Shown here: positions 24,144 to 36,400 of the stretch, one piece after another
How the letters are laid out: every line of letters starts with the position of its first letter
Numbering within the stretch: position 1 is the first letter of the stretch
Origin: Leptogorgia sarmentosa
Taxonomy: Eukaryota
DNA length: 64,000 bases
Reading direction: 5' to 3'
Assembly: GCA_964658305.1 (NCBI GenBank)
Contig: OZ210885.1
Location: forward strand, 8,866,001-8,930,000
Position numbers and translations under genes: made by a program
The notes under the pieces: model-generated
The model's database searches: none
The model's input: the letters and a program-made list of their open reading frames with translations, nothing else
What the model was told of the DNA's origin: nothing

Positions 24144-24995
24144 GCAGAAAATTATTTTGGGCTCACTTTCTTTGGGATACTTGGTAACCGCGCGTACTTT
24201 AAACAATTATTGGATGAGGCTGAGCATGATATCAAGAATTATTCAGACCGAAGTCAATGTTATCTGCCGAAGCGAAGCTGAGGCGGATAACATTGACCGA
24301 GGTCTGAATAATTCTTGATATCATGCGAAAGCCGAATCCAATAATTGTTTTATTATATATTTAAAAGAGAGTTCACTCTCATTCAGCGAAGCAAATCTGC
24401 TGCAGGCCATTGTTTGTTTGTTTGTTTGTTTTTTCGCGCGCTTTTAGCTTCAAGCTTTTGACAGCGCTAGGGCTTGGGCACGAGAGAGTCCAATAATATT
24501 TTTTTTGGATGCAAGTTCGATCCAAAAAAATAATTATTGGACGCTGATGACGTCATCGGCGGAAAATACGTAATAAATACCGAATACTGAGAATTAGCCG
24601 GTGCTTTCTGACCAATCAGGAACGAGAATAAATTTTAAATGTATAATAATATATGTTATATTGCAAAATCTATTCATATAAAAGCTTTTTAACGGCAATT
24701 TTGTCAAGCTTCGTTAGCTCAGGAGTTACGGTCCCTACTTGCCAGTAGCGACCCTGCAGGTTCGATTCTCGCGTGTTGGCTTTTTGTCATGTTGCTTTTT
24801 TTTCATTTTGTTTGTTTATTTTCAAGCTTTTTTTCTCAGCATTTTGTTGTTAGGGTCAGAATTACTGTTTGGGCCAGGATTAGAAAAACAAAAAGAAAAA
24901 GAAAAGACAATATTTTCTGTTTAGAGTCAGAATTGCTGTATAATATTCTCGACCCAGTACTTCCCGAGCAAAGTGAGCCCAAAATATTATTCTGC
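24144..24995. mobile_element. Non-autonomous element with 9-bp TSD (MULE-like) inserted in tRNA-Pro
   Basis: Imperfect TIRs GCAGAAAATTATTTTGGGCTCACTTT / AAAGTGAGCCCAAAATATTATTCTGC; TSD CTCCCGCAC (24135-24143, 24996-25004). Confidence 0.8.
24201..24650. mobile_element. Hairpin-ended repeat (Crypton-like non-autonomous), nested
   Basis: 150-bp imperfect palindrome at 24201-24350. The distal part (about 24453-24650) recurs inverted at 56768-56965. Family assignment is inference. Confidence 0.5.
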
Positions 24996-25134
24996 CTCCC
25001 GCACCCTAAGCGAGAATCATACAAGCCATTGATTGTATTGAATCTCTAATGTACTTTGTACTGAGGAAGATAAATACGGGCTTAATGTAATATCTCAGCC
25101 GTTCCAAAACATTTTCAATTCTTGCAGCGAAGTC

Positions 25135-25206
25135 GCCGTGATCGTATAGTGGTTAGTACATTGCGTTGTGGTCGCAATAACCCAGGTTCGAATCCTGGTC
25201 ACGGCA
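25135..25206 (+). tRNA. tRNA-His(GTG)
   Basis: Complete cloverleaf; TTGCG TT GTG GT CGCAA. Confidence 0.88.
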
Positions 25207-25420
25207 TCTGTTTCAAACACCAGAAAGTGTTGTAATCACCATTGCGGGCATTGTCATGGACATGGCCTTTCTGTATTATCAAGTTGTACTTGACAAGATT
25301 TATCGTTTTTTTGTTATCAAAAATGCAATAGAATATCTCACGAACTCTTGCATTTTCCACGTTGTGAAACTTCTCTTCGAACGACAACTCGCGCATGCGT
25401 AAACGTTTGACCGCGGTGTT

Positions 25421-25797
25421 CCTTCAGGGTGGCCGCGTCCCATAATGTTAAGCTCGCTTTTCTCTGTTAAAATATGGCTCAGAATAGCAAGTAAATCGCC
25501 TTCGGGCGAAGACTTGAAGAATCGAAGAGTCGAAGAATCGAAGAGTTGAAGAATCGAAGACTTGAAGAAGTGTTGTGAATTCCCTTCGTGTTTCTGCGTG
25601 GTGTTGTCAAGTGTTGTGAATTCCGTACGTGTTCGCCATTCGTTCGTGCGTCGTTTGGCCTTGATTTTGGCAGCAGTACTCTTCGTGTTCGTGCCTGTTT
25701 GCGGGGCCCTCTAGGGGGTAACGCTAAGGCGGTGGTCTTTACTTCCAACCTTGCTGCGTGCTTCTGTTGTAGGGTGAGGTGCTTGACTGAAACTTCT
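25421..25797. repeat. Repeat copy A, with inverted homolog at 40237-40849; contains a 9-bp GAAGAATCG-type tandem tract
   Basis: Long runs of reverse-complement identity (e.g. TTTGGCCTTGATTTTGGCAGCAGTACTCTTCGTGTTCGTGCCTGTTTGCGG). Confidence 0.8.
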
Positions 25798-25860
25798 GGA
25801 ACAATTTCTGTTTTTTAGACCAATTAGAAGTCCCTCAAAGAATGGCGCACGTCACCGATA

Positions 25861-25920
25861 CCAATCACTCGCTCCAGCATATTAACTTAGTATAAATACA
25901 TTTCCTCATCAACATCAGTC
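25861..25920 (+). promoter_or_regulatory. Compact Pol II core promoter (CCAAT, TATA, Inr)
   Basis: CCAAT at 25861, TATAAATA at 25891-25898, TCAGTC at 25915-25920, ATG at 25931. Confidence 0.55.
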
Positions 25921-25930
25921 ACACATCGAA

Positions 25931-26701
25931 ATGGAAAAGATTGGCGTTCTACCAGAACCAGAAGACGAGATGTACACAATCATCATTCCTCTCTTTGGAA
26001 TCCTAACAGAAAACAAAGACGAGAAAGGGCGGTGCTACTTCTGCTATGAAGACATCGAAATAAACGAAATGTTGGCCATGACCATGGACTGCTGCCGTCA
26101 AAGAGCCCATCCTGAGTGTTTTCGACAGTGGGCAGCAAGAACCACAACGCCCGGAACCGTGAGATGCGGCCACTGTCGAACGGCGTTTCCAGATAAAGAA
26201 CTATGCTGGTTGTGTTTGAAAACGAAAAACGAAGACGAAGAGCTGCAAGAAACCGCCTGCTGCGGGACACATGTGCACAAAAAATGTGTAGACACTGTAA
26301 AAGAAACATTCAAACGATTAACTTTTAATTTCTCCATAGAGTGCGGAGAAATTACACACTGTGGATGCCTCTGGCACTCCATTCAACTGCAAATATTTTT
26401 TGAAAATGTTAATAATACACCGATACTAATTACTCGCTCCTGTATATTAATTACCTCTGGCGCGCATACTAATTACTTTTTCCGCTATATTCCTAATGCA
26501 TACTATTTACTTCCGGCGCGCACTGCATACTATTTACTTCCGGCGCTATCTTGGACACACTTCTGCATACTATTTACTTCCGGCGCTATCTTGGACACAC
26601 TTCTGCATACTAATTACTTCCGGCGCCATATAGACGGTATAGTACTACCGAGTTATATAGCTAAATTTTGTGGCAATGTTGTTGCCATTTGCAATTCTTA
26701 A
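25931..26701 (+). CDS. Intronless tandem RING-variant (C4HC3-like) zinc-finger protein; the last ~100 codons are probably run-on into repeats
   Basis: CYFC..CC....H..C..CGHC, followed by CWLC..CC....H..C..C.....CGC. Confidence 0.6.
   Translation: MEKIGVLPEPEDEMYTIIIPLFGILTENKDEKGRCYFCYEDIEINEMLAMTMDCCRQRAHPECFRQWAARTTTPGTVRCGHCRTAFPDKELCWLCLKTKNEDEELQETACCGTHVHKKCVDTVKETFKRLTFNFSIECGEITHCGCLWHSIQLQIFFENVNNTPILITRSCILITSGAHTNYFFRYIPNAYYLLPARTAYYLLPALSWTHFCILFTSGAILDTLLHTNYFRRHIDGIVLPSYIAKFCGNVVAICNS
26425..26649. repeat. ATACTAWTTACTTCCGGCGC repeats ending in a Polinton/Maverick-like terminus
   Basis: About 6 copies of the motif; the minus strand from 26649 reads GGTAGTACTATAC, one base from the AGTAGT Polinton end. 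Confidence 0.45.
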
Positions 26702-27426
26702 GTTTTAAAGCTTGCTCACAAAAGCGTTTGACTGAATGACTGTGTCGAGAAACGTTTCAAAGTATACCGTTTGAACGGCTTCACGAAAACGTTTTTCAAA
26801 CCGTTAAAATTTTTGGGATTTTCCGTTAAATTTTTTTGCCGATATCGTTCGAACGTTTTGAAAGATCGTTGAAACGTTTACACAAAGCGTTTGCTATCCG
26901 TTCGTTTACCGTTTGTTTTGCCGTTTCAACGAAAAATCGTTAACGTATGAAATCTCATGGAAGGTCACATTTAGACTTAGTATTGAAATTATTTTTGAAC
27001 TTAGGTTGTTTTCATTTGTATATATTGTTTCAGTTCATTACAATTTACTCGTATTAAATATCGGACAATACGATTGTGTTTTTTATTTTAATCCTTTGAC
27101 AAATGTCGCTCGACAGCACGAAAGTACTTGGACATCCCTTGAAAGGCGCGTTTCGAGAAAACACTATTCCTATTCAAGCCTTTTTCCAAGAGACGTCCTA
27201 ACATTTTTCCGAAACAAGGAAATCTTGGTTGGCAGTTCCATTGGCTATTTCGCACCCGCACTCCTCACCACGACTGCATTCATTCTGGTGAACAATGATA
27301 TGATACGAAGGACTAACCACCATCCAAAAAGATCACGGAAATGGAGAACAACGAATTCTTTCATGCAGCTGAAGGATGCAGTGAGGCCGGAGATGTTGGA
27401 TTTCCTCTTTGAAGGCCGGGCGGATG

Positions 27427-30400
27427 TGTCCGGGATTTCGTTGTAACATGAAGTACCAAAACTAGAACAGTGACGTCACGGCAGCGTGCGTGACTCAGTG
27501 CATGGAATATATGTTGTTGATGTTCTTGTTGTGAAGGGGAGAACGGTGAATTATATTATCAAAACGTATATCTTGTGATTGTTTGGGGATACATCCTGGG
27601 AGGCGGGAGTTCCCAACACTTGGCACCTCCGACGACGGGATATATAAACGGTCTTGCGATTTAATTTCAATATTCAAACGAGTTTTCGGTGAGCGGTGAG
27701 TCGAATATGGAAGAGGCCGTGGCGAAATTAAAGACAAAACTTACTCAACTGAGCATCACAGCGGAAAGGACAGTGTCTATCGTGGATAATGGTCGAGTAG
27801 AAGTGATAGAAAGACATCAGAAAACACTAAAAACGGCGATAAATGAAGCCAGTCAACTGCGTATAGAAATCGAAGCGTACAAGATAGCGAACGAAGTAAA
27901 TAACGAGGAACTAAGTGCCTGGAATACAAGCATAGAATCGCAAATCGCAGCAGCTGATCGAAGTGTGGAAACATTAGAACAATGGCTCGATAATCGAAGG
28001 GTTGAACGTGAATCACAAGAGAGAGAAGAGCAGATAAGATTCGAAGTAAAATTGCAGGAAACGAAAGCTAAACTCCAAGCAGAACTTGACGGAAATAAGG
28101 TCAGTTCACAGCAGTCTCCAAGCGAGTCAGCAAATGTTCAAGCAAAGTTACCCAAATTGGTAATTACTAAATTTAGCGGGTCGTTTACCGACTGGAATAG
28201 ATTCTGGGGTCAGTTCACTGAGTCAGTCGACAAATCCAGTTTGGCACCAATCACCAAATTCTCGTACCTAAGAGAACTGTTGAGTGACAAGGTTAAGAAA
28301 ACCGTGGAAGCCCTACCGTACACACCAGAAGGCTACAATAGGGCGGTGGCCATCCTTAAGGATCGGTATGGAAAGGAGCGTGAGATCATCAAAGCGTATG
28401 TTAAGGAAATTCTAGAGCTTCCACCAGTTCTTACGGCGGACGTGAGAAAGATTCATGAGTTTTCAGAGAAGTTAACATATAGCGTACAATCTCTCCAGAC
28501 TATAAATAAACTTTCTCAAGTAGACGGTGCAGTAGCCATGACCTTAGATAAATTGCCGGCAATCCGAGGTGACCTTGTTCGGACCGACACTGGATGGGAG
28601 GAATGGGACCTTGTACAGCTCACTGAGGCTCTTCAGCTTTGGACTAGGAGGAATCCGATCACTGACAATGTTAACGCAGGAGACCGAGAACGGAAACGAG
28701 AAAGAGGAGGTCGAAATTATAATACTCGTCAGGGCGGAGTGGCTCCAAAGGCGTGTGCGTATTGTAATGTGGCTGATCATAAATCGATAAACTGCCCAAC
28801 GGTGAAAACGGCCGAGGAACGGAGGAAAATCCTAGCAAATAAAAAACTATGCTTTAACTGCACTGGACCATCCCACCGAGCAGCGGCATGTAAGAGTACT
28901 GCGACGTGCTACCATTGCTCCCGGAGACACCACACCTCCATATGTGATAGCCCGAAGAATACGGAGGGATTCATGTCTGCCCACAGTGATGGAGACAACC
29001 AAGTTGTTTACCCAATTGTTGTGATCGAAGTCGACGGAATAAAGACACGGGCGCTGCTTGACACTGGGTCTGGAAGCTGTTACGCGTCAGCGAAATTGAT
29101 CGAAGCCTTGAACAAACCGCCGAAGATAGTACAGACAAAACGTATACAAATGATGCTGGGAGCAACAACTACAAAGGTGGAGATATTTCCTGCAACTGTA
29201 AAAGGCGTTAGTGGTGGATTTACTATGGAGGTGGAGCTAACGAAAGTCCATAAGCCACATCTGATGGAGATCGACAACCCGCGGTATGCAGAGCTGCTCA
29301 GCAAGTATAACCACTTAAAGGGAGTGAAGATTGATGATGTGGATGATAAACCACAACTTCCGGTCCACGTGGTACTCGGGGTGAACGAGTATGCCAACAT
29401 CAAGACAACGTCAGCGCCACGGGTTGGAGAGTGCGGGCAGCCGATTGCTGAGCGTACTCGCCTTGCTTGGGTGCTCATGTCGCCTGGTAGAGAAGAAGTG
29501 ACGAGTCCACTCTTGCTAACGCGGTCAGTCAGCACGGATTACGAACAGCTGTGCGCATTGGATGTTCTTGGGCTTGCTGACACACCAGAAAATGATCAAG
29601 ATACGGTGTATCAGGAATTTAAGGAACAGCTTCAACGAGACCCGGCTGGTTGGTAAGAGACAAACTTACCTTGGAAGGCCAACCATCCAACACTACCCAC
29701 CAACGAAGTTGGCAGCAAACGAAGATTACAGCAACTGGTTAAACGGCTTGAGCGAAGTGGAGGTTATGAAGAATACAACACCATAATTCATGAACAGCTT
29801 CAGAGTGGGGTGATCGAAAAGGCGCCGAAAGAGCCAACTGGGAAGGAATATTACATGCCACACAAAGGAGTCTCCAGAGCGAATGCTGAAAGCACTAAGT
29901 TACGGGTGGTGTATGACGCGTCGGCGCGGGAAAACGTGAAACAGCCATCCTTGAATGATTGCCTGAACCCAGGACCCCCCCTGCAAAACTTGCTTTGGAA
30001 CATTCTCATAAGATCGCGATTCCACCCAATCTTGTTAACTGGTGACCTGCAGAAAGCGTTCCTCCAGATTAGGATAAAGCAAGAAGAGCGGGATTCTTTA
30101 CGGTTCCACTGGATACCACCAGGCAGTACAGAAACAGAAGTATACCGGTTCACGAGAGCCTTGTTCGGGTTGACATCATCGCCCTTCCTTTTGGCTGGAG
30201 TAATTAGACAACACCTAGAGCAGTGGGAACAACGATACCCTGAGAGTGTTAAGGAGATCCGTGATGGTTTATATGTAGACGACCTCATGGTTGGAGGCAC
30301 AACAATTGAAGACGTGCAGGCGACCAAGATGACAGCCATAGAAGTTTTCGAAGACGCGTCGTTCACACTACATAAGTGGCATTCAAATTCTAGAGAACTC

Positions 30401-33246
30401 GAAACAAGCAAGCATCCACCAGAAAACGACGAGTTGACCTATGCTAAGCAGCAGTTGGGCGGAAATCGGGCTGAGACCAGGCTCCTGGGGTTGCCGTGGG
30501 ACAAAGATAAGGACACCTTAAAAGTCAGTTTACCCAAGGGGGAGGCCGTTTCAACAAAACGTGACGCGCTCTCTCAACTGGCAAAGGTCTATGACCCTCT
30601 TGGGCTGGTTTCACCATCAATATTACAAGGCAAAGTTCTCTTCCGTGAGATGTGCGAAATCAATGTAGCCTGGGACAGTGACTTATCAGTTGACCTGAAG
30701 AAGAGATGGATGGAATGGTACGCCAGGCAGCCAGACTATATCGAGATTGAGCGCACTCTTGTTCGACATCGAGAACCAGTCTTAGACGTTGTTCTGCACG
30801 GATTCGGGGACGCGAGCATTCGAGGCGTAAGTGCTGCAATCTACGCGGTCATACGTCAAGGAAGTGGGACTACTCAGGGTCTGGTTTGTGCGAAGTCGCG
30901 GTTGGCAAAGCGTAATCTAACCATTCCCCGTCTAGAGTTGGTGGCTGGCCACATGGCAGTCAACCTTGTTGCCAATGTTCGTTTGGCCATCGACCTCCAT
31001 CCCGTGTCAGTACATTGTTGGCTGGATTCATCGGTAGCATTATACTGGATAAGCGGTCAAGGCGAATATAGACAGTTCGTTGCAAACAGGGTACACAAGA
31101 TCCAGGAACACCAAGATGTCAAGTGGCACCACGTGCCAACCTCCGATAATCCAGCAGACTTGGGCAGCCGTGGTGGAAATGTGGAAAACCATCAGCTCTG
31201 GAACCAGGGCCCGACGTGGTTAAGTCAAGAGAGCGAATGGCCGTCAGACATAATTCTAGAACCCAGCACGGATTCCAAAGCAGAATTAAAGGTCACTCGA
31301 AGTATCTTCGCAGCAACCACCCAAGCCCATGACGAATTCGATCGTCTTCTCGATGCTCACGAACTGCGTAAGGTGTTGCGAATATGTGCATGGATACAAA
31401 GGTTCATCCTTAACTGCAAGATTCGAGTCGAAGAACGGCGTGACGGGTCACTAGACACGGAGAGAAGTCGGGCAGAACAGCGAGACGGGCCACTAGTCAC
31501 GGACGAGATCGAGCAACGGAAACTGTGGTGGATCAAACGAGTGCAAAGCGAATGTGGAGAACAAGATAATTTCAACGAAGATGAATTGAGACTGAATTTA
31601 CAGCCGAACAGTCAAGGTCTACTTGAATGCAGAGGCCGAATCGAAGGCGAGTTTCCGATCTACTTGCCAGACAGCCATCCATTTACTCACGGAGTTGTAC
31701 GCCAGGCCCATTTATCGACTTTGCACGGCGGCGTGTCCTTGACGATGGCGAAAGTGCGAGAAGTCTTTTGGATACCACGGTTGCGCAGCTTAGTCAAGAA
31801 AGTCAGAAGAGCGTGTTGGGGCTGCAAGCGGTTCAGGGTCCAGGCGTATAACGCACCACCACCAGGAAATCTTCCGAACACTAGGACTCAAGGAACTGCG
31901 CCTTTTCAGGTTATTGGAGTGGACTTCGCCGGCCCCATTTACTACAGATCGGACCGAGGAGCAGAAAGAAAGGCATACTTGGCCTTGTATGGCTGCAGCT
32001 TGACAAGAGCCGTGTACTTAGATCTGCTGAAGTCCTTAGAAGCGAATGAGTTTATCGCAAGCCTTAAACGGTTTATCGCACGCCGGGGTTGCCCAAACCT
32101 AATTTACTCGGATAATGGCAGCACCTTTCAAGCAACGGCAAAATGGATAAGAAGGATACAGAAAGACGAACGCCTCAATGCACACCTAGCTGACCTCGCC
32201 ATCAGGTGGCAATTCAATCTAAGTCGGGCCCCTTGGTGGGGAGGTCAATTTGAACGGCTGATTGGCCTTTTCAAGAACACGTTCAACAAAACAATAGGGA
32301 ACCGTACGTTGCGATGGGCGGAGCTCGAAGAAGTAGTAATTGATGTAGAAGTCTCCCTTAACAATAGGCCCTTAAGTTACGTGGAGGACGACATCCAACT
32401 GCCATTGCTTACCCCCAACTCCATGTTGAGTATCAATCCCAATCACTTGCCGGAACAGAACGACCATCACGGGGAACCAGAAGATTTACGTAAGCGTGCT
32501 AAACATATTCACAAGTGTAAAGAAGCAATGTGGAATCGGTGGACGAAGGAATACATAAGAAGCCTTCGGGAACAGCATCGTCGGGCAGGAGGAGAACAGA
32601 CGCCATTCCCTGCTGTAGGAGAGGTGGTTATGATTAAAGGGGGAAAGAAGAATCGGAATACATGGAAACTTGCTATAGTAACGGAACTAATTAAGGGGAG
32701 GGATGGAATCATAAGAGCAGCGAAGTTAAGAGTTGGAAGCAGTAACTTGGAATACGAACGCGCTTTACAGCATATGTGTCCCTTGGAACTAGCGTGCGAC
32801 TGGAAGCAACCACCACAATTGAACGTCACAGCACCCGCTTTCCAACCGAGACGACGTCGAGATGCAGCGGTAGCAGCGAGTGTACGAATCCAGGAGACGG
32901 CAGAAGATGAAGAAAATGATTGAGAGAACCATGACTTTCGAGTTAAATCATTGCAGTTGAGTTGGGACGAGTCACGTTATTTAGGGACATGTTATAAACG
33001 TGCATGTTTATGTTGTCACATGTATATCATACAGTGGATATACATGGGGGAGCGTGTCCGGGATTTCGTTGTAACATGAAGTACCAAAACTAGAACAGTG
33101 ACGTCACGGCAGCGTGCGTGACTCAGTGCATGGAATATATGTTGTTGATGTTCTTGTTGTGAAGGGGAGAACGGTGAATTATATTATCAAAACGTATATC
33201 TTGTGATTGTTTGGGGATACATCCTGGGAGGCGGGAGTTCCCAACA
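27427..33246 (+). mobile_element. BEL/Pao LTR retrotransposon 1
   Basis: 192-bp TG..CA LTRs (27427-27618, 33055-33246), identical by eye; TGG-type PBS after the 5' LTR; GGGGGAG PPT; flanks GATG/GATG. Confidence 0.95.
27707..32923 (+). pseudogene. BEL/Pao gag-pol (gag Zn knuckles, protease, RT, RNase H, integrase) with one premature stop
   Basis: KLPKL..F.G, three Cys/His knuckles, LLDTGS, YVDD, FGDAS, TIPRLEL, NPAD, DFAGP, SDNG, APWWGGQFER. A single in-frame TAA at 29654-29656 separates two same-frame ORFs. Confidence 0.92.
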
Positions 33247-33488
33247 GATGCACGGTCAGCGGCTTGGAGGTCAGTAGGACAGTAGGACAAAAATATTGTG
33301 TGCATTTGACGCCGAAACTTGTCATATTTAAATACTATTAATTAATGGATGGTAAACTTCTATATATTAGAAATGAACAATCGTTTGAGTTTACAACAAA
33401 AAGATATCATCAGCCATCACTCGATGCAAGATCTATATAATTCACCGTATTTGTCAAAAGTATGTCGCTAATTTGCATGTCTTCACCC

Positions 33489-36400
33489 TGTTGGGAAGTA
33501 TATTAATATTCAGACGCTTCGGATAAACTTCGGGTTTCCGAGCGCAAGACGAACAATAGTCGTGAGATCGAGCATGTGAAAAAGGATGTGAGGTTTTGGT
33601 TCATATTTTAGTAAATAAATCTTAAGCGTAAACGTGACGAGGTTGTTGTGTGAGCAATTCACAACAAAAGTGGCGACCCCGGCAGGATAGCTTTAAACTA
33701 TAGTTATTTGTGGAAAAAAGAAGCGGAAAACAACGAGATATCAACACCGAAGCGGCGAAGCGAACTATGGATGCACCGACAGCGAACAAGAAATTACAAG
33801 GTAAACTCAAACTATTAAAGTTATTACGAGAAGATACTAAAGCTATAGTGGAACAACGTGATTTAGAAACTATCGAGAGACATTTAAACACAATTCAAAA
33901 GAAATTAAGCGAGGTACAAGACCTAAAAGTTAATATCCAAGAGATGAAATTCGAGAACGATGAAAGTGAGACGGATATACGTAACTGGAGCGCTGAGGTT
34001 GAGGAGAGTATCGAGCCATTTAAGGAGGTTGGTAACGACTTAAAAGAGGTCGTGAAAAATATGAAGCGAGTAGAATCCGAGAAGGAGGAACAAATTAAAC
34101 AAGAACAACGGATCAATTTAGAGAAAGAAATTGAAAAAGTCAAGTTCGAGGAAAAAATTAATTATGAAAAACGATTAGAGGACATGCACTCTAAGACCAT
34201 CAGCAACTCAGCTCAAGGAACATCAAAGGTAAAGTTACCAAAACTCGTAATAACTAAATTTAATGGTACATTTACCGATTGGATGCGATTTTGGAATCAA
34301 TACGAAGCCGAAATTGACAAATCTGATATAAGTCCTGTTTCCAAATTTTCGTATTTGAAAGAATTATTGATACCATCAGTACGTGCAATGATTGATGCTT
34401 TGCCCCGAACACTCGAAGGCTATGAAAGAGGCAAACAAATCCTGAAATCAAAGTATGGTAAGCCAAGTGAGATTGTCAATGCTTATGTACAGAACATAAT
34501 GTCCCTCCCTCACGTTCGTGGTGCGAATGTAAAGCAAATTCATGATTTTTATGAAAAATTGGCTTCAAGTGTACAAGCGTTGGAGGCCCTAGGAAAACTA
34601 AAAACAGTTGCTGGGTATGCACGACTGACGTTAGACAAGCTTGAGGGAATTCGTGCAGATATAGTAAGAATAGATGATGATTGGCAAGATTGGGGTTTCA
34701 GCCAGTTGTTGGAACAACTAAGGAAGTGGACAGAACGAAACCCAGTGCAAAGTGATCAAGACGCCGACCGACATAACAAACATGGTAAACGAGACAAGTT
34801 CTTCGGTGCATACGGACAGGAAGCAAAGCCGAGACCATGTGCCTACTGTGAGGCAACCAACCACAAGTCATCTGAATGTACCAAAGTGACCCAAGTAGCG
34901 GATCGGAAGAAAATATTGGTAACGAAAGCGTTGTGTTTCAACTGCACTGGTTCTAGACATAAAGCGTCAGCGTGTCGTAGTCAGAGTTCGTGCCTGAAAT
35001 GCAAGAGACGCCATCACACCTCAATATGTGATTCCAACACTAAGTTACAAGAAGCAGGGAAGAATGGGGTAGAACCAATCTATGTAGCAACAGGAACAGC
35101 AAAAGTTGTGTACCCAGTGGTGGTAGTTAGAGTCAATGGCATCAAGTGTCGGGCATTGCTTGACACAGGCGCTGGCAGTTCGTATGCTTCATCTGTACTG
35201 CTGCAAAAGATTAACAGCAAACCTGTTCGAAGAGAAAACAAGAGAATCGAGATGATGATGGAGTCATGTAACAAGCGAATTGAAATACACGAAGTAACCA
35301 TGTGTAACCTGGGTAATGATTTCAAGATTAGCACTGAAGTAACAAAAGTTGATCGGGACAAGCTGTTAATGCTTGACAACCCAAAGTACCAAGACAAGAT
35401 AAATCTCTTTGCACATTTGCAAGGAGTATCCATGGACGATGATGACACTAAAGCAGAACTACCGGTCCATGTCATACTAGGAGCAAGTGAGTACGCACAG
35501 ATCAAGACGGAAACAAAACCAAGAGTTGGTCGTCCAGGAGAGCCCGTTGCTGAACGAACAAGGTTTGGGTGGACGATGATGTCCCCTGGGAAAGAAGTCG
35601 ACTTGGGAAGTGTTCTATTGACTCAGACTTCGAGCGTGGACTATGAAAACCTTTGCCGACTGGACGTTCTAGGTCTTAGAGATACACCACCAGGAAGTCA
35701 AGAGAATGTTTACAAGGAATTCCAAGAACAACTATCGAGAAGTCCTGAAGGGTGGTACCAGACCGGACTCCCTTGGAAAGCCAGTCATCCTCCTCTGCAG
35801 AGTAATGAAGTTGGGAGTTTGAAGCGACTGAACAGTCTCACCAAACGATTAGAGAAGAGTCCTGATTTGCTGGAGAAGTACGATAAGATTATCAAGGAAC
35901 AGTTGGAGGACGGTGTTGTAGAGAAAGTAACCGGAAGTGCTCAAGGAGAAGAGTTCTACTTACCACACAAACCCGTAATCCGCGAGTCGGCTGAGAGTAC
36001 GAAAGTGCGGATAGTATTCGACGCGAGCGCGAGAGAAAACGAGAACTCATCATCACTCAACGAGTGTCTTGAAACTGGCCCACCACTACAGAATCTTTTG
36101 TGGAATGTGTTGGTCCGTAACCGATTTTATCCCGTGGCAATCGCAGGCGACCTTATGAAAGCATTCCTTCAAGTGCGAATCGTAGAAAGTGAGCGAGATG
36201 TCATGCGGTTTCACTGGTATAAGGATCTCCAGACGAGAGTTGTTGAAGTCCTCAGGTTCACCCGAGCCCTTTTCGGGCTAGCCCCATCACCCTTCTTGTT
36301 GGGCGGGGTAGTTAAGCAACACCTTGAAAGCTGTCGGGAGAGATACCCGGAGGAAACGGAGGAGATACTAAAGAGCTTGTACGTCGACGACCTGATCGGT

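Larger units (their letters stand above)
24107..25027 (-). pseudogene. tRNA-Pro(AGG) split by a transposon insertion
   Basis: 3' half at 24107-24143; 5' part with CTCGC TT AGG GT GC at 24996-25027. Confidence 0.75.

Noticed and set aside
29654..29656. Programmed readthrough stop between gag-PR and pol in BEL element 1
   Set aside because: It aligns with the Tyr codon in element 2 (GWYQT vs GW*ET), and BEL elements normally have one ORF; best read as a point mutation or sequencing error.
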